Below are positions 1 through 12,653 of a stretch of DNA of 64,000 nt, piece after piece. The DNA comes from Phallusia mammillata (taxonomy: Eukaryota), in assembly GCA_965637545.1 (NCBI GenBank), contig OZ281496.1, forward strand, positions 26,350,001-26,414,000, read 5' to 3'. Within the stretch, counting starts at the first letter, position 1. Each line of letters starts with the position of its first letter. A model generated the notes under the pieces. The model did no database searches. It was given only the letters and a program-made list of their open reading frames with translations, and was not told the DNA's origin. A program made the position numbers and the translations under genes.

Positions 1-94
1 AAAATATTTTAATGGCCTTATTATTTAGGAGGCAACCCCTTTTTAACGTGAAATTGCGTATTGTAACGTCATTACGTTTTTAACAATTGCTATG

Positions 95-540
95 AACAAA
101 TTTGTCGTTCAACTGGTGTAATGCTGAACAAAATACTAATTGTTGTTTTTAAGAACTTGTATTTCGCTAACGTTTCGTCCACCAGAACGGTAGGGCTTCA
201 TCAGAGCAATGAACGATATAGTGCAAGCACAACAGGCGAAAATGCACAAGCGCAGCGGGATATAACGTAAAGTAATTATAAGAGAACAAAGGCTTATCGT
301 GATGGGTTGAGTGTGCTATATTGTGACAGTGCGTAACTAATGCCCGATATTTGAAGAGGAAGTCGAACGCAAAATGTCGCGGAAAACTGGGCTGAGGTTT
401 TTGCCGTCGTTACGGTTTAAAACATTTGAATTAGAATTTATGAGGCAATTTAGTATTTTGTTCAGCATTACACCAGTTGAACGACAAATTTGTTTAAATA
501 TGCAACCTGGTGGACGAAACGCCTGTTCAGTATTTTCAAT
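95..540. repeat. Composite repeat: inverted arms (95-142 / 446-494) enclosing a hammerhead-like motif, plus a second half-motif at 507-540
   Basis: AACAAATTTGTCGTTCAACTGGTGTAATGCTGAACAAAATACTAATTG at 95-142 is the near-exact reverse complement of 446-494. CTGGTGGACGAAACG occurs on - at 171-185 and on + at 507-521. Related sequence recurs at 47352-47450. Confidence 0.8.
163..210 (-). ncRNA. Minimal type I hammerhead ribozyme-like motif (GUU triplet)
   Basis: Minus strand reads TTGCT-CTGATGA-A-GCCCTACCGTTCTGGTGGAC-GAA-ACGT-T-AGCGA. This gives a CUGAUGA core, an imperfect stem II, GAAA, a palindromic ACGU stem III and stem I GCT/AGC. Confidence 0.6.
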
Positions 541-1197
541 TGCTATGAATTTGACAAGTTATAAAAGTCCCCTTTGATATGTGCTCTTGGATTGCGCCTT
601 TGCACTATAAAGAATGTAGTGTCCTTGCGGGTCGTGTTGATTTACCAAGACAGCTAAAGTCAAAACAAAAACAAGGTGCTACACATTACGAGTATTCTTG
701 TATTTCCGTTGTTCTTTTGCGTAGTGGTTGTCCTTTGATGCGTTGGTAATTCAAATGACGTTTCCATTTGCTATTGTTTGGTTAAGCAAACTATGTCGAC
801 GCTTTATTACGGTACGATAACACAGGACAATAGTTTTGACATGGACAATAACGCGTCATCCGAAAAACAAATGTACGCCGGCAGTTTTCTTAAAACGATT
901 GTTCGTTTGATAGACACGGACAGCGCCATGCTCTGTTTTGTGTAGGCTATATGGTTGTGAACTGCAAGATTATTTAACGGCGATTGATTTTCTTGCGTGT
1001 ACAGCTAGGAAAATCACAACCCTTCGTTCGAACAGTTTAGTTTTTTGATGCAAGTGGTCACTAAAGGCAACTCGTTTTCATGGATATTGTCATTGTATGC
1101 AGACTAACCAATAAGTTATTCTGACGAAGGCCGCGATCGGCTAAAAGTTCTAGATAGTCAGCTAAAAACAGATAGCCTAGTAGATAAGCAGTGTGGA

Positions 1198-1574
1198 CAT
1201 GGGCGCCGGCAGAAATGTTTCCAGAGAAGGTCAAATTTTGACAAATACACACTTGCAGGGATAGATTACTATATCAAGTAATTATGTAAACACCTGGCAT
1301 AAAATAATGCAGTGGATTTGAGTCAACGATGAAAAATCCCCGCACAGTCACGCAACTATGAACCATTTTGTCCGTTCAAAAAGCATAAAAACGACAGAGG
1401 CTATGGAAACAACACCAGATAAGTAAACAAAGCAGACGTCGTTAAAGTCGCTTGTTTAGACATTTGCTTACCATCAACTTCCTTATTAGAGCAATAGCGT
1501 TTTGCGGTAGGCCTACTTTGAAACTCCAAAGGGGGGCAAGTGCCTCCGCTTGGCCCTACGTGCCGGCGCCCATA
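1198..1574. mobile_element. hAT-type MITE (377 bp) with 8-bp TSD
   Basis: TIRs CATGGGCGCCGGCA / TGCCGGCGCCCATA. Perfect flanking duplication AGTGTGGA at 1190-1197 and 1575-1582. The paralogous site at 6541-6548 has a single AGTGTGGA (empty site). Confidence 0.92.
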
Positions 1575-1787
1575 AGTGTGGACTTAATTTAAAGGTAGTC
1601 CAGGATATGTTGATGTAATGATCAAATAGGTTGTTATTATTAATCATGCAGCTTACTATAATAATCATGTTCTTCCTTCATATAGCCTTAGTAGTAAGTG
1701 GAGTCTAGGTTTACTACATGTTTATAAGAATTCTTTACCTAAAAGCAGAAAAAAACTACTTGTTGTCTGCTTACATTTTCAAGGACT

Positions 1788-4437
1788 ATGGACGCTCCGA
1801 GTGATTTAAAGTTACGAGTGGCGGCTTTACTTACTGCTAGGAAAATTCGCAATCTAAATTTCACAGTCATAGTATTGAACGTTGCGTTGATTGTGTTCGT
1901 TTTTCTTATGTTGGACCAGGTGAGAATAGCACTTGTTTTGCGATCAAACCTTTTAAAGTTGAGGTGTAGCTTATACACTGCAAGGTAATTTTCTTTTGTG
2001 TTAGATGCATTGCGAGACAATGCGTATCCTTTATCTTATATGACGGGGAAGTAATTTGCATTTTCTTCAGGGACCACCTATTCTTAGGATGTCGCGGAAA
2101 TCTGAAGAAGCTATTGATATAACGGATCGTGAATTAAAAGCTGCGCTAGCTCGATCTAATGAAAAGGTAAAGTTGTGATTGGCCACACAGTAATGCAACA
2201 ACCCCTTATGCTGTTAAAAGTTGTTTTCTATTGATGCTTACCTGAAACACAGCACTTGCCATATTGTTTTAGAGGTGTTATCATTGACGCTCGAAAACTA
2301 ACAAACATATTACTCAACTATTCACAGCAAAGGTCTTTTGTATTGATTCGTTTAGGGGGGTTTTAAAGTATCCACCGGCAGCCTATACCTTCGACAATGT
2401 CCGATCGCCCGAGATGTTTTGGTTTTGTTGCAGTTGCGTATTTTAACACGAGTTTATTTCGCTTTGTGACAGAATGCCTAGCCACTTAACCACACTATTG
2501 CAATCACTAAACCGGAAATAGCAGCGCAACGTTAAAGCCGCATGGCGCTCAATTAGTGAAGGGCACATTGGATAGTGGATGAACTCGCTACAGAACACCA
2601 TTACATAAAGCGTTAAGTGACAGGAGCTAACAAAATAGCAAATTTGGCGCACTGTGAGTAGAAACCGGAATGGGAAAAACGTTAGTCGAGGGGGCGCTAA
2701 AAGTTAACTTGGGAAAGAGTTTCTTTTGTGATTCTTTGGTATTTGTGTACAAGTTTACACTTTTACTTAATTCCAGTTGACTATTCTTCTGATGTATCCA
2801 GAGCGTTGGGACGCAAACAATGTTATGAGGTTGCCGTACCACTGTGGAAACTGCGAGGTTTCACTTGACAAGTCAAAAGTAAGTTGGAAGTATACTTTAG
2901 TTGAGACACCTGATTGGCCTTTCATACATTCTTAATAAATATGCTTGCTAATCTTCATTTTGTACACAATTGTCAACAGCTTATTTTATGTTCGCAGGTG
3001 GAAAATCCAAGCACAAAGGCACTGGTGTTTAATTTTAATGACCCGATCAAAGAAATCGCGCCACAAACAAGGTCCCACATTGTTGTTGTTGTTGGTGTTC
3101 AAATTTTGCGTTTGCTTAACAGAGTTGTTAGCAGATCCGACACGTATTACGTAATGTCTTGAACCTGCATTTTTTCAGCAAAGCCCAAATTAAGTGCGAG
3201 AATTACACTAACCGGGTAGCTATAACGGCCCCCCAAAAATTTGTCAAAGTCAATTTTCAATCACGTGTTTTTTATACACTCCGAAATTCAACCCAAAAAG
3301 CCCGGCCCTACTTTCAACTCTGTCTTGTACAACCGCTTCTTACCGAAAATTAAGCAATTCGTGACTTCTAAAAGTACATGGATGACTTTAAAAAATCCTT
3401 TAAAGTTTTGTATGTGCAGACGGAGGGATCAGTATTATGTGTGGATTACTGCAGAGAGCCCTGTGGCTCTTTACCACTTAAGAAAGATGGATCTAAAGGG
3501 GTTTGATGACTTTTTTAACCTAACCATGTCCTACAGGTAATGTCTAAATCTGAATTTTGCTATTGTAAAGTACAACATGTTTTTTTAATGGACCTAAGTC
3601 AGTATCGTTTCCCATCTCTCTCATTATACACAACCCATGTAAACAACATACTTGAAACTGTTGATTCTGACATCTTGCAGAAGAGATTCTGATGTCTATA
3701 GTCCATACGGAACCCATCAACAACTCCGTTCTTATCGAAAGGACCTTCCATTTAGTGACGCCGAATTGGATACGTGGGTTAAGAGCAAATCTAAAGTTGC
3801 ATTGTGGGTAGCTTCTAATTGTCACGCGACAAAACACGCAGTGGCAAGAAAGGACTACGTCATGGAACTTATAAAAGCCGGCTTGGATGTTGAATTAGGC
3901 GGAAAGTGCTTTCAAAACTCGGCAGCAAATTTTAGAAATCACAAATTCAAATTTTATTTGGCTTTTGAGAATGCCTGGCACTGCAGGGATTATATCACTG
4001 AAAAGTTTTGGCACAGTGGCCTCCGAAGTGGCGTGGTGCCTGTGGTCCTTGGACCCCCGAAACGCGACTACGAAACAATCGCACCTTCGCCGAAATCTTT
4101 TATTTACGCTGGGGATTTTCCTACTCCGCGACATTTGGCTGAATATTTGAATTATCTCGATAAAAATGACAGCGCTTACAAAGAGTACTTAAACTGGATG
4201 AAAACTGACAGAAAAGAAGTAAAAGAGCGAGATCGGGTTACCGGCTTTTGCCAGCTTTGTCGTATATTGCACGGTATTAACGTCGACAATGTGTACAACC
4301 CAGATTACAAAGCAAAGTACAAACATATACCTCTGTACCAGCGGCCAGAGGGTCCACGTATTGTGTATTCTTTAAATGAATGGTTTTATGGTTCCGATTA
4401 TAAAGAGTGTTTGGGTGTTTCAGGTTTGGAAACGTAA
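1788..4437 (+). CDS. Alpha-1,3/4-fucosyltransferase (GT10), copy A, 425 aa
   Basis: Exons 1788-1919, 2071-2166, 2777-2878, 2998-3071, 3420-3536, 3681-4437; all GT-AG, phases consistent, 1278 nt. N-terminal TM (FTVIVLNVALIVFVFLML), WITAESP, TMSYRRDSDV and GT10 motif FYLAFENAWHCRDYITEKFW. Confidence 0.95.
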
Positions 4438-6741
4438 TTGGGTTTAATTATTATGCTGGCTCTGCACACAACAATTATGCTTTAGTACTTTTATGTTTAA
4501 AGCACGCAGTTTCTTGTACTCTGGCTCCATGCATTTCTTTGAGTCGGCTTTTAGTGATTCGCATGCCGACGTTTATTAGATACTCTTCCTTAGACTTCAG
4601 TTAAATTAGTGTGTTTCCTAAGGGTTAAGAACAAACTGGTCGCAGATTTCATTGACTTTGTTTTCCGTTGACTTTTGTTGTTGCCTTTTCTATGCAATCT
4701 TACTTTTTTACTGTGGTGTTTTTATGAAAACAGGTTAGCATGTCACTATAATTATCACATCAAACATCCATTGCTTTCGAAAAAAATGTAAATAGGCGTT
4801 TTAAAGTTAACCAATGTAACTGTGTTGCTATGTCTACGTTCCAGTTAAATGTATCTCGGAAAATTAGCCATAAAGGACTTGTGACATATCCGCTCATCGG
4901 CCGCAATGCAATACGTGTTTGCGTTAATCAGGAAACTGAACAAAAGACGTAACTCGTGACGCATACATAGGTGCACTGGGAATAGATTTAGGTCAAAATA
5001 TCAAGCACCTGTCTGCTTAGAGATCATGTGCTATTTGAAACAAAGACATAGTACCCTTCTAACTCATTTGCTTCTAAGATGAGTGAGTCCTTTTCCTGAC
5101 TTGCAAGTAACTGTTAATTGTAGGTAATATGTGCAATTCTGCTTTTACAATTTTTAATATTAAACACTCCACTCCAACAACGAACAAACACACCACTGAG
5201 TTCCTGATAAGTGTGTCCTCTTATTAGCCAGAATATACGTGTGCAAAGCATGATTTATGATTAGCATATATATTAACGCCAATCGCATGACTAGATGTTG
5301 CCCATTTATAAACTTCGAACTAGGCCAATTGCATGCCATAAAAAAGCCTTCAAAAAGTTTCGTAAAGGTTAATGTAAAACTGTCACAACTTAATACACTA
5401 CCCTTTGCTTAACTAAACTTTGTATGCCTGTTTCAGTCAACATACAAGCAAAGTTTCAGCAAACATTAATATCATTTTTAGACTGAAAAAAACAACGATT
5501 TTTCGATATCGGATAAGACGAAGGTTTTGTGAAATCAGTCATATGTGCTACATCAAAGAACTCGAAAAAAACTATGAAAAGGGAAAATCTGCTAACAGAG
5601 GAAGACATGCCTGCCAATGTCCGAAAGGTGGCGCAACGGAGCATAGGCTTTTACTATGGCAATTGCTCGGCAATTTACTGAGTCAGCAATTATTGCCTAA
5701 GTCAGCAACTTGATGAGTTAGCAATTACTGCCAGAGTAAAAGCTATGCTCCGTTACCTATAAAGAGTTTTTTGGCTACATTTCACGTTTGCCTCTATACA
5801 TTCCACGGTTATAGAGTTCTTTGGCTACATTTCGCGTTTGCCGCAAACTTACTTTTGTATTTAGTTTCTACAACTCGGTCTGTTTCCCTGGTTCAGTGTT
5901 CATACTGGATCAGAATTTCACTGTGAAAGCGATATATGTTGTCGTACTTATTCAAGAATTCAACTGTGTTCGGCTTCGTGTCTCAGATAGCGTTTAACAG
6001 TTTCAAGCAGACAGTAGGAGGATCCAGCAATAACCGAGGCATTGACATTGCCATTTCTTGTGGTGTCTGGAGTAAACATAGACGCCATCAAAGCCAACGC
6101 TACATGTTAACGTTTAACCGTAAAACAAACGACGTCTAAGCTTTTTGTGATACGTTGGCGACGATTTAACATAGTACGAAAAACAAAGTACACTAGTTTT
6201 GACACAGACAGGTTACCTGGAAAACAAATCTAAGCAGTTTTCCTAAATGCCTTAGTTCGTTTGGTGGGTACGAAACCAGCATAAGGTTCTGTTGTGTATA
6301 TATGTTTGGAAACAGCAAGATTATTTAACGGCGAACAATTCTCTTGCGTGTACAGCTTGGAAAATCACAACCGTTTGTTTTAACAGTTCAGTTTTTAGGT
6401 GCAAATAGTCACTTAAGGCAAGTCGCTTTTATGGATATTGCTGATATATGAAGAGTGAACAACGAGTTTTTGTACCGAAGGGCCCAATCGACCAAAAGTC
6501 AGATTGTCAGCTTAAAACAGATAATAGATATCTGATAGGCAGTGTGGACTTAAAATAAAGGTAGCACATGATATGTTGAATAAATATATTAATGATGATT
6601 AGCTTACTGAAATGATAATCTTGTTCTTTCTTTATAGGCTTACTAGTAAGCGGGCTTGGGGTTTACTATATCATAAGGATTCTTCACATTGAAGTAGAAA
6701 AAAACTACTTGTCGTATGAATTCATTTTCCAGTTAACTACT

Positions 6742-9130
6742 ATGGACGTTTCTAGTGATTTAAAGTTACGTGTGACTGCTTCGCTTACTGCTAGAAACAT
6801 GCGCATTCTAAGTTTAACAGTCATAGCATTGAGTGTTGCGTTGATTGTGTTCGTTCTTCGTATCTTGGACCAGGTGAGAATAAAACTTGTTTTGCGTTAA
6901 ACCGTTTAAAGTTGAGGTGTAGCTGGTCTATTGCGAGGGAATTTACTATTAGGTCAAATACATTACATGACAATGCGTATCCACATGAACTTTTAAACAG
7001 AACATCGTCGCTCATCTTGTGACGGGGAAGCATTTTCTTCAGGGACCACCTACTCTTAGAATGACACCAAAATCTGAAGAAGCTATTGACATAACAGATC
7101 GTGAATTAAAAGCTGCGCTAGCGCGATCTAGTGGAAAGGTAAAACTATTTTGTTCTAGGTCTGTTATCTTTGACGTTTGAAGACTAACAAACATATAACA
7201 CAACTATTGACAGCGAAAGCCTATGTAACTTTTGTATTAAATCGTTTAGGGGCTTTTAAAATATCCACCGGTACCTTCGACAATGTCAGGCCGTCCGATA
7301 TGTTATGGTTTTGTTGCAGTTGCGTGTTCTAACACGAGTTTATTTCGCTTCGTAAAAGAATGCTTAACTCGCTGCAGAACGGCGTTTTATAAAGCGTCAT
7401 GTGACAGGACCTTACAAAATAGCGAATTTGACGCACTGTGGGTAGACAACGGAATGGGAAAAACGTTAGGCGAGGGGGCGCTAAAAGCTTACTTGGGAGA
7501 ACGTCTCTTTTGTCATTATTGCCTATTTTTGTACAACACTTTATTTAAATTCCAGTTGACAATTATTGTGATGTACCCAAAACATTGGAACGCAATAAAT
7601 GCTATGGAGTTGCCGCACCACTGTGGAAACTGCGAGGTTTCACTTGACAAGTCAAAAGTAAGTTATGAGCCTAGTTCAGTTTGTACAGCGGATTGGGCTT
7701 TCACAAACTCTTGATAAATTGCTTGCAAACCTGTATTTTGTACACAATTGTCGAGAGCTTATGTTTTGTTCACAGGTGGAAAATTCAAGCACAAAGGCAC
7801 TGGTGTTTAATTTTAATGACCCGATCAAGGAAATCGCGCCACAAACAAGGTCCCTCATGGTTGTTGTTTGGACTCAAATTTTGCGTTTGCTTGACCGGAG
7901 TTGTTAGCAGAACCAAAGTCCCAAACCTGTAAATTGTTTGCAAATCCCTAATTAAGTGCGAGAATTACATTATCCGATGAGACATAACGACCCAACCCAA
8001 AAAGCCTGGCCCTACTTTCAACTCTGGCTTGTAAAACCGCTTCTTACCGAACATTAAGCAAAGTGTGACTTCTTAATGCACATTGATGACTTTTGATGAA
8101 GTTTTTGTATGTGCAGACGGAAGGACCAGCACTATGTATGGCGTACCGGAGAGGGCCCTGTGGCTCTTTACCACTTGAGAAAGATGGATCTAAAGGGGTC
8201 TGATGACTTTTATAACCTAACCATGTCCTACAGGTAATGTGTAAATCCGTATTTTGCTATGCCTATGTTCTTGTTGTTTTTAATTGGCCTATGACACTAC
8301 CGTTCCCCGTCTCTCTCATTACATAACTCATATAAACAACATACTTGACAGTTCTAATTCTGACATCTTGCAGAAGAGATTCTGATGTCTATAGTCCATA
8401 CGGAACCCATCAACAACTCCGTTCTTTCCGAAAGGACCTTCCTTTTAGTGACGCCGAATTGGACACGTGGGTGAAGAACAAATCTAAAGTTGCATTGTGG
8501 GTAGCTTCTAATTGTCACGCAACAAAACACGCAGTGGCAAGAAAAAAATACGCCATGGAGCTCATTAAAGCCGGCTTGGATGTTATATTAGGCGGAAAGT
8601 GCTTTCACAATCCGGCAAAAATTTTTAGAAATCACAATTTCAAATTTTATTTGGCTTTCGAGAATGCCTGGCACTGCAGGGATTATATCACGGAAAAGTT
8701 TTGGGTCAATAGTTTGCAAAATGGCGTGGTGCCTGTGGTCCTTGGACCCCCGAAACGCGATTACGAAACAATCGCACCTTCGCCGAAATCTTTCATTTAC
8801 GCTGGGGATTTTCCTACTCCGCGACATTTGGCTGAATATTTGAATTATCTCGATAAAAATGACAGCGCTTACAAAGAGTACTTAAACTGGATGAAAACTG
8901 ATGGAAAAGAAGTAAAAGAGCGAGATCGGGTTACCGGCTTTTGTCAGCTTTGTCGTATATTGCACGGTATTAACGTCGACAATGTGTACAACCCAGATTA
9001 CAAAGCAAAGTACAAACATATACCTTCGTACCAGCGGCCAGAGGGGCCACGTATTGTGGATTCTTTGAATAAATGGTTTTATGGTTCCGATTATAAAGAG
9101 TGTTTGGGTGTTTCAGGCTTGGGAACGTAA
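6742..9130 (+). CDS. Alpha-1,3/4-fucosyltransferase (GT10), copy B, 425 aa
   Basis: Exons 6742-6873, 7043-7138, 7556-7657, 7776-7849, 8117-8233, 8374-9130. Exon sizes identical to copy A, intact frame, same GT10 motif. Confidence 0.95.
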
Positions 9131-9746
9131 TTAGGTTTTATTTATGCTGGCTCTGCACACAACAATTATGCTTTAGTACTTTCATGTTTAAGCACGCAGT
9201 TTCTTGAATAGCTCCACGCACTTTTTACGTTTCTTTGAATCTGCCTTTGGAATCTGCTCTTCCTTGGACTTCAGTTAAAGTAGTGTGCTTCCTAAGGGTT
9301 AAGAAAACTGGTCCATCAAAGGTTTTATTATCTTTGTTTTCCGTTGGCTTTTGTTGTTGCCTTTTTGTGTAATCTTAACCTTTTTACTGTGCTGCTTGTT
9401 ATGAAAACAGGCTAGCATGTCTCTATAATTATTACATCAACATCCGTTGTTTTCGTAGAAATGTAAATAGGCGCTTTGAGGTTCATGAATGTAACAGTAT
9501 TGCGGTGTCTACGTTTTGTATGATGTTTATGTGAAAAAAGATAAGGACTTGTGACATATGTGCTCATCGGCCGCAATGCAGTTGCGTTAATCAGGAAAGA
9601 GTATACACATATATGGGAAATCAGTAAAGTCCGAATAGTTTGAGCATACATTTGTGGACCTTTTAGAGCTTTTCTGGTAATTGTATTTCGATACACTGAC
9701 GTTTTGATTACGCTCTACGCGCATGCGTTATTAACGCTGATGAAAG

Positions 9747-9788
9747 AAGAGCTCTATAAGATTTATCATATGCCTGGCAGCAACAGCT
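9747..9788 (+). repeat. Dispersed ~42-bp repeat (AAGAGCTCT...ATGCCTGGCAGCAACAGCT)
   Basis: Related copies at 10971-11012 (+), 44754-44795 (+) and 54024-54044 (-). The last two flank hammerhead-like motifs. Confidence 0.75.
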
Positions 9789-10229
9789 GATATACATTTG
9801 TGGGTTATGTGGAAAAACCACACAGTCAAATGAGTAATTCCGATTGTATTGTCTTGGGTCATGGACAATTTGTGTGCTAATTCGTATGGTTTTCTACGAC
9901 GATAAGGATTTAAAAAACGCCTTTTTTGTTTTTTGCCAGTCAACTAGATTGCCTTGGATTTTAAACAATATGTACCAGTGATTTGATTCGTTTTATTCGT
10001 GCGATTACATCTTCATCGCATACGCATATCATCAATCAAACTGTCTTTAACAGACAAACAATCCATTGCAAAAAAAACGTATTGCCCCTCTTACAAAAAA
10101 TGACATTTAAAACAATGGTGACTGTACACAAGGTGATGACTAATTTTTTTATCAGTAAATATTTTATGAGTAATTGTTTATGTACAAGATTGAAACATCT
10201 TTTATGTAAGTGCATTCACAAACTCCATC

Positions 10230-11340
10230 CTAATAATCTTCAGCCCTTTGTTCCACGGCGGAATCCATCAGTTCCGGTTCATCTTCATCGTCACTTTGTG
10301 CAAGAAGCGACCTTTCCTCGTCTGTTGTTACAACATCGCCAGCTACGTTATCTGACTGCTGCTCAGGAGCGGACGGGGGCAATTCACAGCCTTTGCATTT
10401 TCCGCAAGTCTTCGGACATATATAGGGAACAGATTTATATTCGCTGTCTTCTGCGCAGTATTCCTTCCACGACGGACAGGCAGGCTTAGTGTCCTGGCAT
10501 GCTGTTAAAACAAAGTTTTTCCATTTTATATTACTCTCTAATGAAGATGCCAAAAGAACACTATTATTAAACAGTAAGTAACATGTATGGAAGATTTGCA
10601 GACATGAAAGGCAAAGGGAAAAAAGAAAAAACAGGTACTAACAAAAAGAAAGTAAAAAAAAAGTATCTAATAAATGTTTTTGTTAGTCATTCTTTACTTG
10701 GGTCACATGCGTTAGGATCTTCAGGGAGTATATCGCAGTCGTGGCAATAGCCGCAGGTCTTACGACACGTTGCTTCAGCAGTAGCATGACACAATCCTTT
10801 CTGTTTCACTGAGAAGCATATTGTTGGATTTGCATCAAAACATGTGCCATCTGAAAATTAAAACCGTTTTAAAATGTTTTAATCCAGTTGTCAATAATTT
10901 ATGTCAAACTATAGCACAAACAATAACTCGAGCAAAACGACCGCATGTTTTTTGAGAAGTATAGGAATTAAAGAGCTCTATAAACTCGATATTATACCTG
11001 GCAACAATAGCTTATATATAGGAGTTGACCTTAAACGTTCTTAGCCGTACTTACTAAAAAGACAAGGTGGATTTTCAACTGGGCACCATTTGCACATGTT
11101 GCAGGTGAGTGGACAAAATACCTTGCCAATCAGAGTTCCGCATTTGGATTTGGATCGGGAACAAATTACTGGATAACGATCGCGACAAGTCGACTCTGAA
11201 GTTGGAAAACAAATAAATATTTTTTTGTATATTTTTTAGAAAAAACATGTCTACTTACTGCATCCAGTTTGTAGAAAACAATTGGTTGACTTGATGTAGG
11301 CCAGAAGAACCACGACCGTTGCTGCTACTTGTATTTTCAT
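10230..11340 (-). CDS. Secreted triple-ShKT protein 1 (215 aa) with acidic C-terminal tail
   Basis: Exons 11340-11259, 11195-11055, 10850-10698, 10501-10230; all phase-1 GT-AG introns. Signal peptide MKIQVAATVVVLLAYIKSTN. Three C..C..C..CxxxCxxC domains, e.g. CQDTKPACPSWKEYCAEDSEYKSVPYICPKTCGKC. Confidence 0.9.
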
Positions 11341-11396
11341 CTTTTGTCCGTTGTTGTCGTTGATAGAAGATAACAAAACGTTGGATTGGGGCAAGC

Positions 11397-11403
11397 TTAT
11401 ATA
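11397..11403 (-). promoter_or_regulatory. TATA box of ShKT gene 1
   Basis: TATATAA on - strand ~57 nt upstream of ATG 11340. Confidence 0.6.
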
Positions 11404-12568
11404 ACTTTAAAGTACATTTGCATACTTTATCGTCAGCCTTCCAAGCCCACGTATTTTGCCTACACGAAATCCCAGGCGTAAGGAATATGGGGAACGCCAT
11501 GTCAGCATCTGCTCGTGTGGCAGGAAGGTGTATTGCACGTCGGAAAATGAATGCAAATTCATTTTGACTCATTCTATTATTCACTAAACGGCCTTAGGTG
11601 GTTTTGAAGTCCTTACAGAGTTTCTTTAAAAGCCACGACACGCGACAACCGCGTCAATTCGTGTTGTGGTCAATTATGCGAACAACAATTAACATCTTTC
11701 TTTGAGGTTTGAATTTGACAAATTCCCCTTTGTATAATTACCTTAATTTAGGTTAGGTCAGCAAAAACGTGTGCCTTTGAAGACTATTTTTGAATACTGG
11801 TGACAACATTTGTTTACGGATGACCAAAAGAAGTGCTTGTAATACCGATTGACAACATTTAGCAATGCTTATGTCATCATGAATGGAGTATTTTAATACG
11901 TTGAAATAGTAAAACAAGTTGCTTCTTTGACCGTCGGTATATTTAGAATAACAATCTTACATCATCGGAGTTCAATGTTATTGATCAAAAACACATTTTG
12001 GATTTTTCGCTGTATCCTTTACCCTTTTCGTACAGAGGATGAATGTGGTGTGTGTATGTCTTTTACTTCAAAAACGACGGATGGCCTAGTTTCGTATTTA
12101 AATCCCTTTTTTCCTGACATGGGAAGCTGCTTTGATTATGGAGAAAGCGTTCCGTTGGCGCCTGTATTTAGATTTTGCGGGTGCCGCTACCTAACAAACG
12201 ACAAACAATCACCAAGCCGGTAATTAAAACAGACGATTGCGCAATGTCAGCCCGGCGGTTCCAAAACCGTTTCGTTCTTCAAACCATTTGGTTTACAAAG
12301 CTCGTTTTTTGCGGCTACCGCAACGTCATGGCATTGCCTCTAATTTTGTACTTCTTTTTTGCGCCGTCACAAATGTAATCATGATCATGTGCCAAACAAT
12401 GCGTAACCTATCCTTCGTAAGTATGGGCAGCCACGGAAAGTACCGCACAATCTTGCGGTCGGGAGAAAGTCGGCGACACAAAGGCCGAGTTCAAAAGTGT
12501 TCGTTTTCAAAACCACAAATAGATTTGATGTAATTCGTTTTGAGGAACTGGAATTGTCTGAAGCGGGG

Positions 12569-12575
12569 TATATAA
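12569..12575 (+). promoter_or_regulatory. TATA box of ShKT gene 2
   Basis: TATATAA ~80 nt upstream of ATG 12654, embedded in CGGGG-TATATAA-CCCCG. Confidence 0.6.
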
Positions 12576-12653
12576 CCCCGGTGATTGGGTCCTTACCTCC
12601 ATACCTGCTCATTGCTAATTGCAGAAGCTTTTCAAGGCAAGAAGACGAAAAGA

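Larger units (their letters stand above)
790..9600 (+). repeat. Tandem gene duplication, units ~790-4935 and ~6150-9598
   Basis: Upstream regions, all six exons, introns and 3' flanks align by eye, e.g. AAGGACTTGTGACATAT..CTCATCGGCCGCAATGCA at ~4873 and ~9544. Confidence 0.93.

Noticed and set aside
1118-1150. CTGACGA-A-GGCCG-CGAT-CGGCT-AAAA hammerhead-like stretch upstream of FUT copy A
   Set aside because: GAAA is replaced by AAAA, there is no clear stem III or I, and the paralogous position is further decayed; at most a dead relic.
3072-3077. Weak donor GTCCCA/GTCCCT after FUT exon 4, suggesting a mis-model or pseudogene
   Set aside because: It is conserved in both copies and gives the exact phase-2 join into the RRRDQYYVW exon, so it is treated as an ordinary GT intron.
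5640-5845. Short degenerate repeats (GCAATT units; 30-bp duplication AGAGTT.TTTGGCTACATTTC.CGTTTGCC)
   Set aside because: Too short and irregular; no spacer structure and no cas genes, so not CRISPR; ordinary local duplication.
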